From positions 10,050-74,049 of the forward strand of contig JAQGDQ010000976.1 in NCBI GenBank assembly GCA_030141605.1: a DNA stretch of 64,000 nucleotides, written 5' to 3'. Source of the DNA: Tubiluchus corallicola. Lineage: Eukaryota > Animalia > Priapulida. Positions 24,157 to 40,639 of the stretch are shown piece after piece. Below the pieces are notes generated by a model. That model was given only the letters and a program-made list of their open reading frames with translations. It did no database searches and was not told where the DNA came from. Both the position numbers and the translations under genes were made by a program. Every line of letters starts with the position of its first letter. Position 1 is the stretch's first letter.

Positions 24157-25069
24157 CTGCAGAGTTGGCAGAAACCATTAGATTGGGCGCTGTTACAAAC
24201 AAAATTCATTACATCTTCTGGGGGCTCATATAGCTAAAGAGCCACAGCCTGAATCTTCAGCGGGGATTTAAAAAAAATGCCCCAAAATTTTCTCAGCATA
24301 TGGGCATAAACAAACCGATATGATGTAACGAAATTTGACAATTTTTTTCATCACGATCATAGTAAATATAGCGCATGCGCATAGTTTTCGAGCATTAGTT
24401 TACGTAACATGCAATTTTTGGATTTTAGACAATTTAAAGTAACCGTTAAAATTAGTGTGGGAGGCGTAATTATGAGCTCAACTCAGGCAACTAAAAATCT
24501 TGGTGAATAGTAACAAAAATAGTAAACGACTCTTGTGCTATACTAATGTTATGCCTTAAAATTTTGAGAACTGGCTATACCAGCAACAGAGTTAATTTTT
24601 CCATTAATTATCACAGCAATTTTGCTTAATTTTAATCACAATTAAGCCATTAATAACGGCGGTAATTAAAGTGTCTAATTATCCGCTTTCTACAGTCATC
24701 CATAAAACCTTTTTCACCGTATTTCGGAAAGCAGAATTTTATGGGTTCATTTGGATTATGTTAATTAGCCAATTGTCTAATTGGTGGATAATAAACAAGT
24801 GGGTGTGGCCAAATAATGAAGCGTCACAATGAAATTTGCTGAACTGAATCGACGATGATTTTATATGTTTAGTGAATCAACACTTTGTTAACAATAAAAA
24901 GGATTTCTATCAATTTTATGATTGCAATTTTGCAGACCGTTAAAAATCACGTAGACTCTACACCCTGTTTGTCTTCGGTCAGGAAAACATTATTTCTTAT
25001 TTCTATACCATATAGAGTGATCGAAAAATGAAGAATTTCATTCTGAATTGACAAAGATTCAAGTTATTA

Positions 25070-25808
25070 TAGGGGTACAGTAGCGTATACGTACTTAAAG
25101 TACATTAACTTAGGAAACGTAATCTCTTTTTCTAGGGGTACAGAAGCGTATACGTACTTAAAGTACATTAACTTAGGAAACATAATCTCTTTCTTTAGGG
25201 GTACAGAAGCGTATACGTAATTAAAGTACATTAACTTAGGAAACGTAATCTCTTTTTCTAGGGGCACAGAAGCGTATACGTACTTAAAGTACATTAACTT
25301 AGGAAACGTAATCTCTTTCTCTAGGGGTACAGAAGCGTATACGTACTTAAAGTACATTAACTTAGGAACATAATCTCTTTCTCTAGGGGTACAGAAGCGT
25401 ATACGTACTTAAAGTACATTAACTTAGGAAACGTAATCTCTTTCTCTAGGGGTACAGAAGCGTATACGTACTTAAAGTACATTAACTTAGGAACATAATC
25501 TCTTTCTCTAGGGTTACAGAAGCGTATACGCACTTAAAGTACATTAACTTAGGAACATAATCTCTTTCTCTAGGGGTACAGAAGCGTATACGTACTTAAA
25601 GTACATTAACTTAGGAAACGTAATCTCTTTTTCTAGGGGCACAGAAGCGTATACGTACTTAAAGTACATTAACTTAGGAAACGTAATCTCTTTCTCTAGG
25701 GGTACAGAAGCGTATACGTACTTAAAGTACATTAACTTAGGAACATAATCTCTTTCTCTAGGGTTACAGAAGCGTATACGTACTTAAAGTACATTAACTT
25801 AGTAATCT
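25070..25808. repeat. 62-63-bp minisatellite, ~12 copies
   Basis: TAGGGGTACAGAAGCGTATACGTACTTAAAGTACATTAACTTAGGAAACGTAATCTCTTTCTC. Confidence 0.97.
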
Positions 25809-26520
25809 CGTTCTCTTTCCAATCAACCGTTTGGAACTAAGCATTATTTTGTATTTACAAACACATAGGTTAGTATTTTACATAAAGTAACTGTAAACAG
25901 GGGTGGGGGCTCATGGCAAACAATGTAAATTTTCAGCTTCAAAACAGTGTTCCGTTACTTCGTACTGTAGTTCATATAATTCAGAAATATAATTCATACT
26001 ATTGTTTGTCTACATATAGTAAAAACTACGTACTATACTACTATCCTGTCTATTAAACTCATGCGAAACGGAAGGCAAAGAAATTTAACAATGAAATAAA
26101 GTGTCTCACAACACAAATAGAAAAAAAAACAGACCAGGCTGCAGCAAACTTTGCTATATATACTTGTCTACAGAAAATGTAATGAAAATATGTAATACAA
26201 AATACTTAAATGATACAAAACACAGGTCAATACAGTAAAAGTTTGCATGCTGGTATGTATATAATAAAAAGCAATATGATAATGCTGTTTATAATAAGTC
26301 TAATTTTGGACTTGTAAGTTACAACTGAAGAGCATTAAATAACATCAACAGAGAACTACAGGAAGGGGTGATTAAAGAAAAATTTATTTCACAACACGTA
26401 GCTGGCTTTGAACTCAATTCTCTGATACTTTGGATGCCCTTCTAATTCAGAGAAACTTTGGCGGCAAAAGCTGTTAAGAACTTATTATGTCATGCAAATA
26501 TTTTTTTAGAAATCACTTTC

Positions 26521-26948
<428 letters not shown>

Positions 26949-27576
26949 AATTGTCTTTTGCCGACTCGTAAAATTTTGATGGTTCATACTGCATGCCAAC
27001 CATCTAAACTGATTAAGCGTAAATTTTACTACGTAACTCTTCTATATATGAAATGGACGCTAATTTTTAGTGGTGTGCCAATGTTACTGGCAAAACTAAG
27101 TCCCTGAGACGCCAAGCTTGAAGTGAAAACACATTAAACTTTGCTGCGAATGTTTAATTTGGGATCCGACGCGCACCGGCGTTAATAATTCACCCAAGCA
27201 AATGCTACATTATTTAGATTAAATTATGAATATTTAATTTTAGGCAGACATTTCTGGGCGGTGCTCGGGGAGGTCTTACTGCGAATATTCCTAGTAATTG
27301 GATTAAGCAAAGACATCAGCAGCGTGTTATTATTCCGATATGCCTGTAGAACGGGTTAATTGAACACTTTATTGTCTCTGAAACCCCTTTCACACACCAA
27401 TACTTGAAGATAGACATGGCTTCACTTATTCCTATTCTAGCAGGGGTGTGCGGGTTAGTCAATAAAAACGTCTTCCCTATTCGCAGCACTATGTTCCTTT
27501 GCCAGGCTGTCCATTTCAAGTAAATTAGTTTTTTAGTTTTTGTGGTGTGACGAAATTACATTATTCGTATTTTTAA

Positions 27577-28154
27577 AGCAAGGCAGGATGATTTTTCATA
27601 TACTACCCCATTTTCAAGTCCTTTTCTGATAAATAAAACATAGATTAAAAACTTAATTAACGGCGGACGAGCCCATCTATTGATGGTATAACAAACTAAC
27701 ATAATTTTTAACAGCAAAACATTCCACGAGCGTGTTGCACGCGTTTGTGAAAGTGAAAATTGAAGTACAGTGCTACTGTAAGATATTCATTGTGTTGCAC
27801 TAAAACTAGGCAAATTTTAAGATAAATATCCAAATTTCAAATTTACCGCTTTACTCATGCATAACCTGTCGAACGTGTGTAGTTCGTCACAAACTAACAC
27901 ATCTGAACTGAGAGGTACAGCACATGTTTTCTGTGCAATGCTTTTCCGAAATGCAGGCGCTAGTGCCCGTCTAACTAGCGAATGACGAAATGCATGTAAC
28001 AGTGAAGAATTAGTGGCGCGAACGCGAAATTGTGTTTGTGTGGTAATAATTATTTCACGTAAGTCATTTCTGAAAAAAAATAGTATGTTTCCTTTCAACA
28101 TTTTAAAGAGCAGATTGTTTTAACCTACAGTTTAAGATTGAGTCCGGTTTTGTT
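27577..28154 (-). mobile_element. Family A copy 3
   Basis: Full length, TTAA flanks, reverse complement of copy 1. Confidence 0.78.
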
Positions 28155-28774
28155 TTAACACGTAGCTTAAAGGCTAAATTAGTGATTTGTACAGAAGCTG
28201 ATAACATGTTACAGTTTTTGTTCCTTTCTTAATTTCATTTTATACGTGATTGGCATTTTAATTCCAACAAATACCGAAATACTTTTGTAAATAATTATAG
28301 AAACTGCATACTTTTTTTACTGAAAAAAATGTGTAGATCTACGAAATTTTACATAATACACGCATGTTGAATTAATTTCATAAACGTATAGCTTTTGTGT
28401 TATCAATAAATCTGGCATAAAAGACGAATAATTACATTTATAGAAAAATCTGATGTTCACAAACAAAAATTAAATGCTGGCTTTCTGAATTTCGGCAAAG
28501 TTGTAGTACTTTATGTGATTTAAACCACGAATATATTTACCGGCTGTGTAATTTTAACTTATCATTTGCTGAAGAAAATAGTATTTGTTCTTAAAACAAT
28601 TTGGAAAACAAGCAATTAAATTATAAATAATTTAATCATAGATCATAAATATTCCTTGATGCTTCGTTTAGCTCCTAAATTGTATCTAGAAAAGTATTTC
28701 TTTCGTTCAAGTACATTGATATAGTAAAAACGTCAGTCCTATAATTGGGTCGTGACTCATTTAAAGCGTTCGTC

Positions 28775-29185
28775 TTCTTTAAAGGACAAGAAAGGGCCAC
28801 CTGAAGTAGGTTTCAGAAAAATTGCCTTAGAAAAATATATTACTTTACAACAATTTTATGCTTATTTCGCACTCGCATTGAAAGGATTTTTTGTTTGTTT
28901 TCATTTTAAAACTCCCGCAATACGGATCCGACGGCGCCATTAAATGACGTCATATACGCACAACGTAAATCAGGGGAAGAAAAGGCAATGATAAACTGTG
29001 CCCCAAAAAACTTGCTTGAAAGACTCATGTAACTAGAAAAGAAAATTATTAATTATTTAAAATGTTTTCACCAATTGGTAAAATGTCGCTGCCTCACCCT
29101 CCAGGGTGCTTCCACTCACTAACCAAAAACGTATTTTTAATCTTATTGACAAGATACAGTAATTTAAAGTTTTACTTAGTTATTT
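28775..29185 (+). repeat. ~400-bp dispersed repeat, copy 1 (copy 2 at ~33745-34170)
   Basis: Collinear match, e.g. CTCCCGCAATAC..CCGACGG.GCCATTA.ATGACGTCAT.TACGCA..ACGTAAATCAGGGGAAGAAAAG. Confidence 0.8.
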
Positions 29186-29700
29186 ACAATGTTCCGCCGC
29201 TGTCCAAAGCACATAACGCACGCCAAAAATTGTTTCGTTTTACAATTACAAGTACAGCTGTAGTTACAATTATATGTATATAGTTTTTTAGGTTATAAAA
29301 CGATATTGTCAAACATGATTTATGGTGTCACTGTTTTTCTAGTAACAGAGTGGTGCCCTTTTTATTACTATCTAGTTATATACATAGTTCTACATGACCT
29401 ATGAAATAAAAGCTACTTTAACATTCACTTTTACTTATATTATGATGCTATAAATTATAGCGTAAAGTTTGAATGAGTTTATAACAGACGATAATTACAT
29501 CACAAGAGTCGTACGATTATTATTTTTACTAAGTACAGTTAGTAATACAAGTGCCTGACACTTCACTAAAAGTCGAAGAGCATATTTCTAAAGTCAGTAT
29601 TCGCAGCTCTTAGACGTATTTTTATACTCTATATTGTAACGAAATTTCAAACAGTTCAAACAAGGTAAAGACACTCTACAAAGCTATAATCAGACTGATA

Positions 29701-30146
29701 AGCAAAACCGGACCCAATCTTAAACTTTAGGTCAAAACAATCTACTCTTTAACGTATTGTAAGGAAACTTACTATTTTCAAGAATGACTTACGCGGAAGA
29801 ATTATTACCACACAAACACAATTTCACGTTCCGGCCACTAGTTCTTCGTTGTTACACGCCATTCGTTAGTTAGACGGGCAGTAGAACCTGCATTTTGGAA
29901 ACGCGTTGCACAAAAACAGGTGCAGTATCTCTTAATTCACATGTGTTTGTTTGTGACGAACTACACACGTTCGACAACTCATGCGTGGGCACAGCAATAA
30001 ATTTGAATTTTTATCTTAAAACCTGTCTAGTTTTAGTACAACACACCGAATATACAACAGTAGAACTGTACTTCAATTTTCGCTTTCACAAACACGTGCA
30101 ACACGCTTATGGAATATTTTTGATGTTGAAAATTATGTTAGTTTAT
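29701..30146 (+). mobile_element. Family A copy 4 (3'-truncated)
   Basis: Starts AGCAAAACCGGACCCAATCTTAAAC; homology ends near ...ATTATGTTAGTTT. Confidence 0.72.
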
Positions 30147-31482
30147 GCTCACATTCGTACATACAATGCCGGAGGTCATCTACTCATTTGACCACCCAAC
30201 CTTCTCAATATTCCTCCGGATTTACAAAAAAAAAATTCGTGTGATTTACGTGCATGTTTGAGTTTGTAAGGTATTTTCATACCTGGTTTATAGCCCTGCC
30301 CATGACCAAGCTCATCGTCTGAAAGAAAAATAAAATGTAAAAAATTAATAGGCTTACTATGTATAAAAGTCTATGATTGCATATATACCTACTCTTATAC
30401 TTCAACAGGCCTATACTAAAATTAGCCTATGCTGATTATCACAAAATGTGGTAGTTTTACATAAATTTACATTGATAAAATGTGTTGAAATTAGACTATT
30501 AGTTACACTGAAAAAATGCAGTTAAGCTAAAGATATAACTGTTTCTATAGTACATATACAGTGACACTAAATTAACTGCTTAAATGAACGTTGTAAATAT
30601 TTTTAAGGTTCACGAGAATTTGTATTAATAAGTTAACCAAACTGACAATTTATTTGACAATTTTTTTTATTTTGACAATTTATTTATTATTATTATCACA
30701 TTCAGTACAATATAATGACATTAAGCACACAGTGACATCAAAATTATTACATCATACTGTATTAAATTGTTATGTTTCATACACTATCGTTATCATTAAA
30801 ACATGAGTTAATAAATCGTACATTGAACAATGGGAAAATGAAATTTTAGTTTATTACATAATTGTGATTATGGCAAAAAATGAGAACACTGGTATTAAAC
30901 TGATATTTTCTTGTTTTTGTTTTTGTAAAATATAAAACATCAAATCAGAATCAGAAGGCATGGAAAAACAAAAAGATAAATTGAATCAAATTCAATGATC
31001 TAAAATTTGGTGCTGCTTTCCTTTAAAATGTAAACCAGTGATATAAATTTCTCCTCTAGAAAATTATTGAGTTTCATATTTGATACTTTCATTTAAATAT
31101 TTTTAATATATTTTTGATAAAGATTTCGTAGGTATTAAATTAAAACACAGATGTTAAATGATATTTGTGAGCGGCTGCTACTGCAAACTGCTAATTAAAT
31201 AAATGAACAAATAAATAAAATTACATAAAATAAAGTAAAATTAAATTTAATTAAATTAAGTTCTGTAAATAATAAATTAGCGACGGACTCGAACTCGTGT
31301 TTTAATGTTAATGTGGAGAAATTTGAGAGGGAAAACTGATAATATTTTCGCTTGCTTAACTTTTGTATTTCTTTGTATATAATATTTTTTTCTCTATAGG
31401 CCTACATTTGCACGCCCAGTAGGTTCGCATTCATTTATCCATGCATAGAAATTCCTTGACCGTTGGTCCTAAAGGACATTTT

Positions 31483-31901
31483 TGTTTATGTTTGATAAAT
31501 TAAATGAAATACTTCTGCCCGAAAACCTTAATATAGCTGCCTTAGGAAATAATGATCTGTTGAAGTTGTTATTATTCGGAAAAGATGAATTTAACTATGT
31601 TGCTAACTGTAAAATATTCCAATGTATACATGACTTTATATTACGTACTAAACGCTTCCAGTAGTTTCTATCTGATATAAAATGCATCAGTCTTAAATAT
31701 TCGTACATTAATATTTTCTAACCGTCATTTTCTACTAATGTCTAATGTAATCTTGTAGTAAAACTTGTTAACTTGTGCAGTTATGGTCAATTCTTACTGT
31801 AAATGTTCTTGTAAATAGTGTGTAAAGTCTGTTGTGGTGAGGATCCTAAATCATGTTGTTCAAACCGTCTGATCCAATCCTAAATAAATTATGTTTAAAC
31901 T
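31483..31901 (+). mobile_element. 5'-truncated CR1-type LINE with target-site duplication
   Basis: LLKLLLFGKDEFNYVANCKIFQCIHDFILRTKRF* is a CR1-like ORF2 end; 11-bp TSD AAGGACATTTT at 31472-31482 and 31902-31912. Confidence 0.85.
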
Positions 31902-34900
31902 AAGGACATTTTGTCCTACAGCGGGATATAACTGAACAGAACTGGGACCCTTAACGTCACTATACCATAAGCACCCATATTCGCATATATGTATGAACTA
32001 ACGCTACGTTGGATCTGTGACAAGGTATAAGTTCTTTGACAAGGGTCCTGCGACAGGAAATAACGTCTTTGTCCCACACAGGTAAACCCTACAGGTGACT
32101 CCGGCTTAGAAAGAAGTAATTAGACGCTATAGACGTAATAAACCGATTTCATTCAAATGTTTTATGGTCTGTAGCCATCTGCTTCATGCTTCTCTGTTCC
32201 ATGCCTCTCCGCATGCCCTCCGCTTTGCTCATACGTATATTATAACTCCACGAACAACGGCAACATCGATAATGGGATTAATAGCAGTGATATAATCATT
32301 GATGGGCTAGAAGATGAATTTAGTTTGTGAATGGTAATAAAAGTCGTTTAAAAAATTGAAAATACATTTTTTCCACCGAGCTGAAAGCTTTGCGTTGCGT
32401 AAAAATTCAACATTTTTCCAACAGCAACGGCAAAATGGTGGCGTTAATAACAACACAGTCACAATATTTTTACATAGGTTTATTAGTAGGATATTTTACC
32501 AATATTTTGAACGTTCTTACACAACATAGGATTCATACATTGCAACGTTTTGAAAAAGTGCATATAAGAATTATTTTGACTTTCCTTTTTATTTGAAACG
32601 GTCTCTCTACATACCAAAGTGTGACAATTTTGACAAAATATATTCTACTACAGTTAATGGTTATGTATCGAAAAAGACAAAATTCGAATTGCAAATGGTA
32701 CAATGTATGCCAAAATTATAATTCAACGTTGCGGGTAGAGGGCAGGCTTAAACAAGTATATCGTAGTATATCGCTATATAGTATATCACTCACAAATCGT
32801 TTTGTTCTTCACATATTGAAAGTATATTTTACGCAAGATGAAATATCTTTGCAAACATTTCTAAATACATAGAATTTACATGAGACTGAAAAATATTTTT
32901 CTAGACTGCACACTTTAATACCACTGGTTGTGCTTTGGTGGGCATGTCACAGTTAAATGCTGGATGGGTAGAAAAGAGGGCATCTCTACACCAACCAGGA
33001 ACGTGATCATCAACCTTCAATTTAAATTTAATTAAAGCTTAGCAAAGGTGATATAAAAATCGTATTATTTTTTCAATAGTTCAGTCAGAAAAAATCTTAC
33101 ACGCTTTTTTGCACAATTACACAATTAAGCATTAACAAACTGTTTAAAAGTTAAGAGAACATTTTTCCATAAGAAAGGCTTAAAAATCTGTCTTTAAATT
33201 TTGTGTCACTCACATGCTGTCCTATTGCATACAGGCTTAGCGCCGTATACAACTTGTAAATTTAAACTACCGCGATGCTCGTTATAGGCGCGCAGCCATT
33301 TTAACGGCAAATCGTGTGAAACAAGTTTAGATAAAATTGTTTAGTTATACTAATGGTAAACAACATTATAGTTTGAAATAATAATCAAGAGCATTCGTAT
33401 AGTACGCCAATCACTAACTAAGCAATATAAGTTTAAATTTATTGTCGGTAAGATCAATAATATGTTTTGTCGAATCAATGGTGCACACTGGGAAGGCGGT
33501 ACAGTGGTGCATACTGGGATGGTGGTACAGTGACGTTTTAACAGTTGGTACGAACATGTTAAATTCTGAAAAAAAAATTTTTTTACAATTACGCAAATCT
33601 TTCAAACAGTTAGGCATTTACATTAGTCTTTAAAATAAGTATAAGCGTAAGCTAAGAAATAATATAACTTTGTTTGGAAAGTTTTTTGGGATATTCTTTA
33701 AAATCTCCTCCTTTAGGTCACGTTTCGTGCAATTCAATGTCAAATTTAAAGAACAAGAAAAGAGATACCTGAAGTAGGATAATCGCTTTAAAGGTTATAT
33801 TATTTTACAGCAATATTATGCGTGTATCATACTCGCGTTGAAAGGATATTTTGTTTGTTTTCATTTTAAATCTCCCGCAATACTATTCCGACGGTGCCAT
33901 TACATGACGTCATCTACGCAAACGTAAATCAGGGGAAGAAAAGACAATGTTAAATTATGACCCAAAAAACTTTCCATGCAAATTTATATGACTTAGCATT
34001 TCACTTACCTGCTGGAAAGACTTGTGTAACTAGAAATAACAATTTAAAATGTTTGTGCCAATTGGTAAAATGTCGCTGGCCCACCCTCCAGGGTGCGCCA
34101 CTCACTAACCAAAAACGTATTTGTAATCTTATTGGCAAGATGCAGTAATTTAATATTTTACTTAGTTAGTAACATGTATGCTACGAATGCTCTGATTATT
34201 TTTTCAAACTTCACGCAATGTTATCTAAACTAGTTTCAAAAGACCTATCATTAAAATGGCTGCGCTTAACTGTCATCGTGGGAGTTTTATACAGCGTTAC
34301 TTCCGACGCAAGTCCTGCATGGAAAAATGAAGTATTTAAGTGGTACAAAATTTCAAGAGAAATTTTTAAAACTTTATTTTATTGGAGGGTTTTCTTGTGC
34401 TTTAATTTAACTACTTTACACGTGTAACGAGGAAACATATAAAACACAATGGCTTCATTCAGTCTTAATTATGAGCATTAAAACTGATAACTTTATTATT
34501 ACGTGACATTTAGCTGATATCAAAACTTGGTTCTATTATTGATTTTTCTGTTTTTTTGTTTTCTCCATAGTAAGTGAAGTTTGAATTATTTATTAGAAAA
34601 TTTAATTAATTATTTTCTGCATCCAACCTCCGAATTCAAAGCTAAGCAAACCCTCATGCGTGCGTGTATGCACTTAGCATTTTTTCTAGCTTTTCAGTTA
34701 ATGTGCTGATGCAGACGTGTCATAAATTATGTGAACTATATGCAGCGAGCGCCAGCACATCTGTCACGTGACCAAGGATTTATGGCTTCACAATTCAGTT
34801 CTGGGAAGCCACTGTTTTCCGTGACAGTTCATCGAAAAGTTTTTGTTTGTCTGTTGCTGTTCAGGGCGCGTGTGTGGCGCCATGAGAAAAATAACAATGC

Positions 34901-34987
34901 TGAAAATAACTTGATCAAGCCTTGCCTCTTTACACCTGGCTTCTCAGCACTACATTTCTAAATCATTGTTTATACCTTCAAACTATG

Positions 34988-35427
<440 letters not shown>

Positions 35428-36983
35428 GAAAATTATCCAACAGGAAAATTACAAACTCGACGCATACCCGATGGTTTTATCAGCGGGCAGAGCTCGGGTA
35501 ATGATTTCCAGATCGTACTAACAATTTGACTCAACAGAGCTGCACAAGGTATATACACAGATATACAAATTTAGTTGTAAACTCTATGAAGCGAAAAAAA
35601 CTATTTACTAAGCATTTGTACACACGTGGTAAACAAATATTTTACCTATATGATAATCACAGTGATGCGGTTATATGTCCGCTAACAAAGCTGTACTATT
35701 TAATTCAAAAATCTATGCATACAGTCGTAAATGAAATTTCCATTTGACATTATTTCTCCGTCAAATAAATTTGCAATATTACTATAATTTAACGCGTACA
35801 GTGATCTATAAAGTATAAGAATGATCCATATTTGACAAATAAATGTAACTTCATTCAAATGGAATTTATTGCCGACCGGTTTCGAACAAAACTGTTCATT
35901 ATCAAGGCATGTAAAACAAAGAAATTTACCAGAATTTAAAAACAACATCGAAATACATTTCAGTAGTTAGTAGCCAAATGATGTATGATATAATATATAG
36001 ACAATTGACAATTTACCTTGCAGACTACATATCTTGATTAGTATGAAACTACTTAACACTTCACAAACGAACAAACCATTATGTTAGTAGTAAAAGAACT
36101 GACAATTTTAGGAAGCTGCCATTTTGTTACTGAATTCCACGAACCACAAAAGTATCATAATAAGTTTTGATTGTTCATCTGTTCTTCTGACCGCCTTTCT
36201 TGTTCGCGAGCTTCTTCAAGCAAAAAGGTTTATAAAAAATACATCATACAGTTTATTTTCGAGATTTAATTTTAATTTTCTGTAAAAATTATATAAATAC
36301 TGACTCATTTTATCAATTTCCCTATAAGTTTATTGATAAAAGTTGCTGTAAATGCAAGTAAGCAAACTAGGTTTTCTTACGAAAGAAGAAACTTTTTTGA
36401 ACGATTCAAAATTTTCTGAGTAGCAACCCAACTTAGAATTCTTTGAATTTTACAGTCAGCCATGATAGAAGCAAGCGAACATGCAAAACATGTGAGAAAA
36501 GACAACCATCCAGTGTTCCTGGTTTTTTCCTGGCAAGCTGGCGCCTATGCACAGACGCCCAGCATCTCTATCCGCTTTCCCTTTTCATCCTGTATCGTTT
36601 TATTGGGCCAGCAAACATTTTTATGGATGACACTGTTTCATGCAGCTCCTAGTAGGGAGTTGATGATTTGACGCCTAGCCTACAAAAGCTGTACCTTATT
36701 ATCCATTCCCAACTCGTCGAAGTTTCGCCCGTAAAATTCAAGTGGGGCGGCGATTAAATTTAAGGCGATAATAGACGAGGCAGTTGAACAAATTTTAATG
36801 GCCGTTTAACACGTTGTTGTGACGTAATCCGGGTGAAAATTTTCAACAGTTGACGATAACGGCGTGTTAATCACTGACAAACAAGATGGATGTCTCTCTG
36901 CTTACTTAAACTGCAGCAAAAGCGTCGAAATAAAAACAAAAAACTGATTTAATTAATTTGTTGACATAATTTGTTAATTGAAA

Positions 36984-37164
36984 TAATTTGTTTATTTATT
37001 TATAAATGTTGTTCTTTAATTATCCCTGGAACTATTTATATAGTTATTTAATTTGTTTATTTATTTATAAATGTTGTTCTTTAATTATTCCTGGAACTAT
37101 TTATATAGTTATTTAATTTGTTTATTTATTTATAAATGTTGTTCTTTATTTATTCCTGTAATTA
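36984..37164. repeat. 65-bp AT-rich tandem repeat, ~3 copies
   Basis: Units start at 36984, 37049, 37114. Confidence 0.9.
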
Positions 37165-37647
37165 TTTATATAGTTATTTAATTTCCTCTTTTGTTTTGTA
37201 TTTATTTCTTTACTTATTTGGTTGCAGTGTTCATTTATTTAAATAATAATTTGTTCATTCAGTCAATCAGCCAGTCAGTCAGTTAGTCAGCCAGACAATT
37301 AGTCATTCCATAAACCTTTCATTCGTTTACATTGTACTGTTTTAGCTGATGCATTAGGTTGTTACTGCAGTGCTGAAATTGGTTATTTAATGAAAGATAG
37401 TAAATTGTTATGAACAGGAATAATTCTCTACGGTACACTTTCTTTTTCATAAAATTTACAGACATCGTATTTTCAACTATTTAGCATAGACAATGACTAA
37501 AACGTTTCACTGTGTAAAGAGCAAACTAAGTCATTTGTAAAAAATTAATGACGCTAAAATAGCTGACTTATAAACTACAGCACAAGCAGCAAAAACAAGA
37601 AAATGAAAATAAAAACTTCAAAACAAAATTCATTAAGTAAATTCTAT

Positions 37648-38358
<711 letters not shown>

Positions 38359-39107
38359 AAGTATATGGCACTGGAATTAATTGCGTACTAAAACTTTGGC
38401 AATTATGCTTAAGTTGTTAATTTTTAAAGCTGTAGTTTTGAAATATTTTTAGAATTTAGCTCTAGCTATAATTTTATCCATACACCTGCTACAGATATTC
38501 ATTCACAAAATGGAATTCTCAGTTTCACATTAAATCGATTATGATTATCATAGTCCTATGCCAGTAGTTATACACACATAAGTGATATACAATTAATATA
38601 AATTTCAGTTTTAACTACACACAATGTCGTAATACTTTTTATTGTTCAGAATTGTAATTATTACCTTGACATACCGATATAAACAACCGTCCTTAGCCTC
38701 TGACCTATTTTGTATAGCAGTAGCACTATAGATGTTTTTTATATTTTATTGGGTAGTCACAATTACAAATCACACAATACACACACCGATTATAAAGATA
38801 CAATTACACACATACACAGCGCTACATAAAAAACCTATACCACGTTATCAAGAACACAATTACACAAGTCAAACTCAACAATTTAAACCAAAGACACAAC
38901 ATCAAACCTTGATGCATAAACCCAATGGTGCAACACAAATGTACATAAGCACTAAATTCATTTTTTAAAAATTCCATAAGCGTTTTATCCTTAAGTTTGA
39001 TTGTTGCTGTAATTATGATAACTGTATTATGATGGCCCATACTATATGGTTTTTGGTCCATACTATAACGAAAATTATGCTCTGGTTAATGATCGCCCTA
39101 GCACTCA

Positions 39108-39671
<564 letters not shown>

Positions 39672-40029
39672 GACTATATACCGGTAAGTAGTATTTTTAC
39701 AGTTGAACTAAAATCTTTCCCAATTTTCAAGGAATTTATTTTCAAAAAAGGGAAAAATCATTTACATTTCAGAAAAGATTACAAAACGGTAGCTTATATT
39801 AATTCACTAAAAATTTCAGTAGGCGACAATTACCAGAACAGCAAGTAACAAAACTATTGTGCTGGTTCACTTTGCAAAACACTAACACTATTTACCCACA
39901 AAAAAGACGAAACATTTAAGCTGTATTTTTAAACCGGTCCAATTTAACATGCTAATCCTGCTTTTGTGCGTGAGTGCGTGTATGCGTGCGCGTGCGAATA
40001 TACATAAGAGAAAACTTAGCTAAACTGAA

Positions 40030-40639
40030 AGGAAGACAGGATGATTTTTCATATACTACTCCATTTTCACGTACGGTAAAAAGTATATATTTTAACACAA
40101 TTAATACTGTAAAAGCACGTTTCTGATAAATAAATAATAGATTAAAAACTTAATTAGCGGCGGGCGAGCCCAGCTATTGATGGCATCACAAACTAACATA
40201 ATTTTCAACAACAAAAATAGTCTACAAACGTGTTGCACGTATTTGCAACAATAAAAATTGAAGTACAGTGCTACTATAAGATACTCAGTGTTGTAACAAA
40301 ACTCGACAAGTTCTAAGATAAAAATTCAAATTTCAAATCACTCATGAGCTGTCGAACGTGTGCAGTTCGTCACAAATGAACAACTCTGAACTGAGAGGTA
40401 CAGCACCTGTTTTTTGTGCAATGCATTTCCCAAATACAGGCGCTAGTACCTAGTTAAAGAATGGCGAAATGCATGTAACCGCGAAGAACTAGTGGCGTGA
40501 ACGCGAAATTGTGCTTGTGTGGTAATAACTCTTTCACGTAAATCATTCTTTAAAAAAATAGTATGTTTCCTTTCTATACGTTAAAGAGTAGATTGTTTTG
40601 ACCTTTGACCTACAGTTTAACATGGGGTCCGATTTTGCT
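40030..40639 (-). mobile_element. Family A copy 5
   Basis: Full length; TTAA at 40640-40643, TGAA (mutated) at the other end. Confidence 0.78.
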
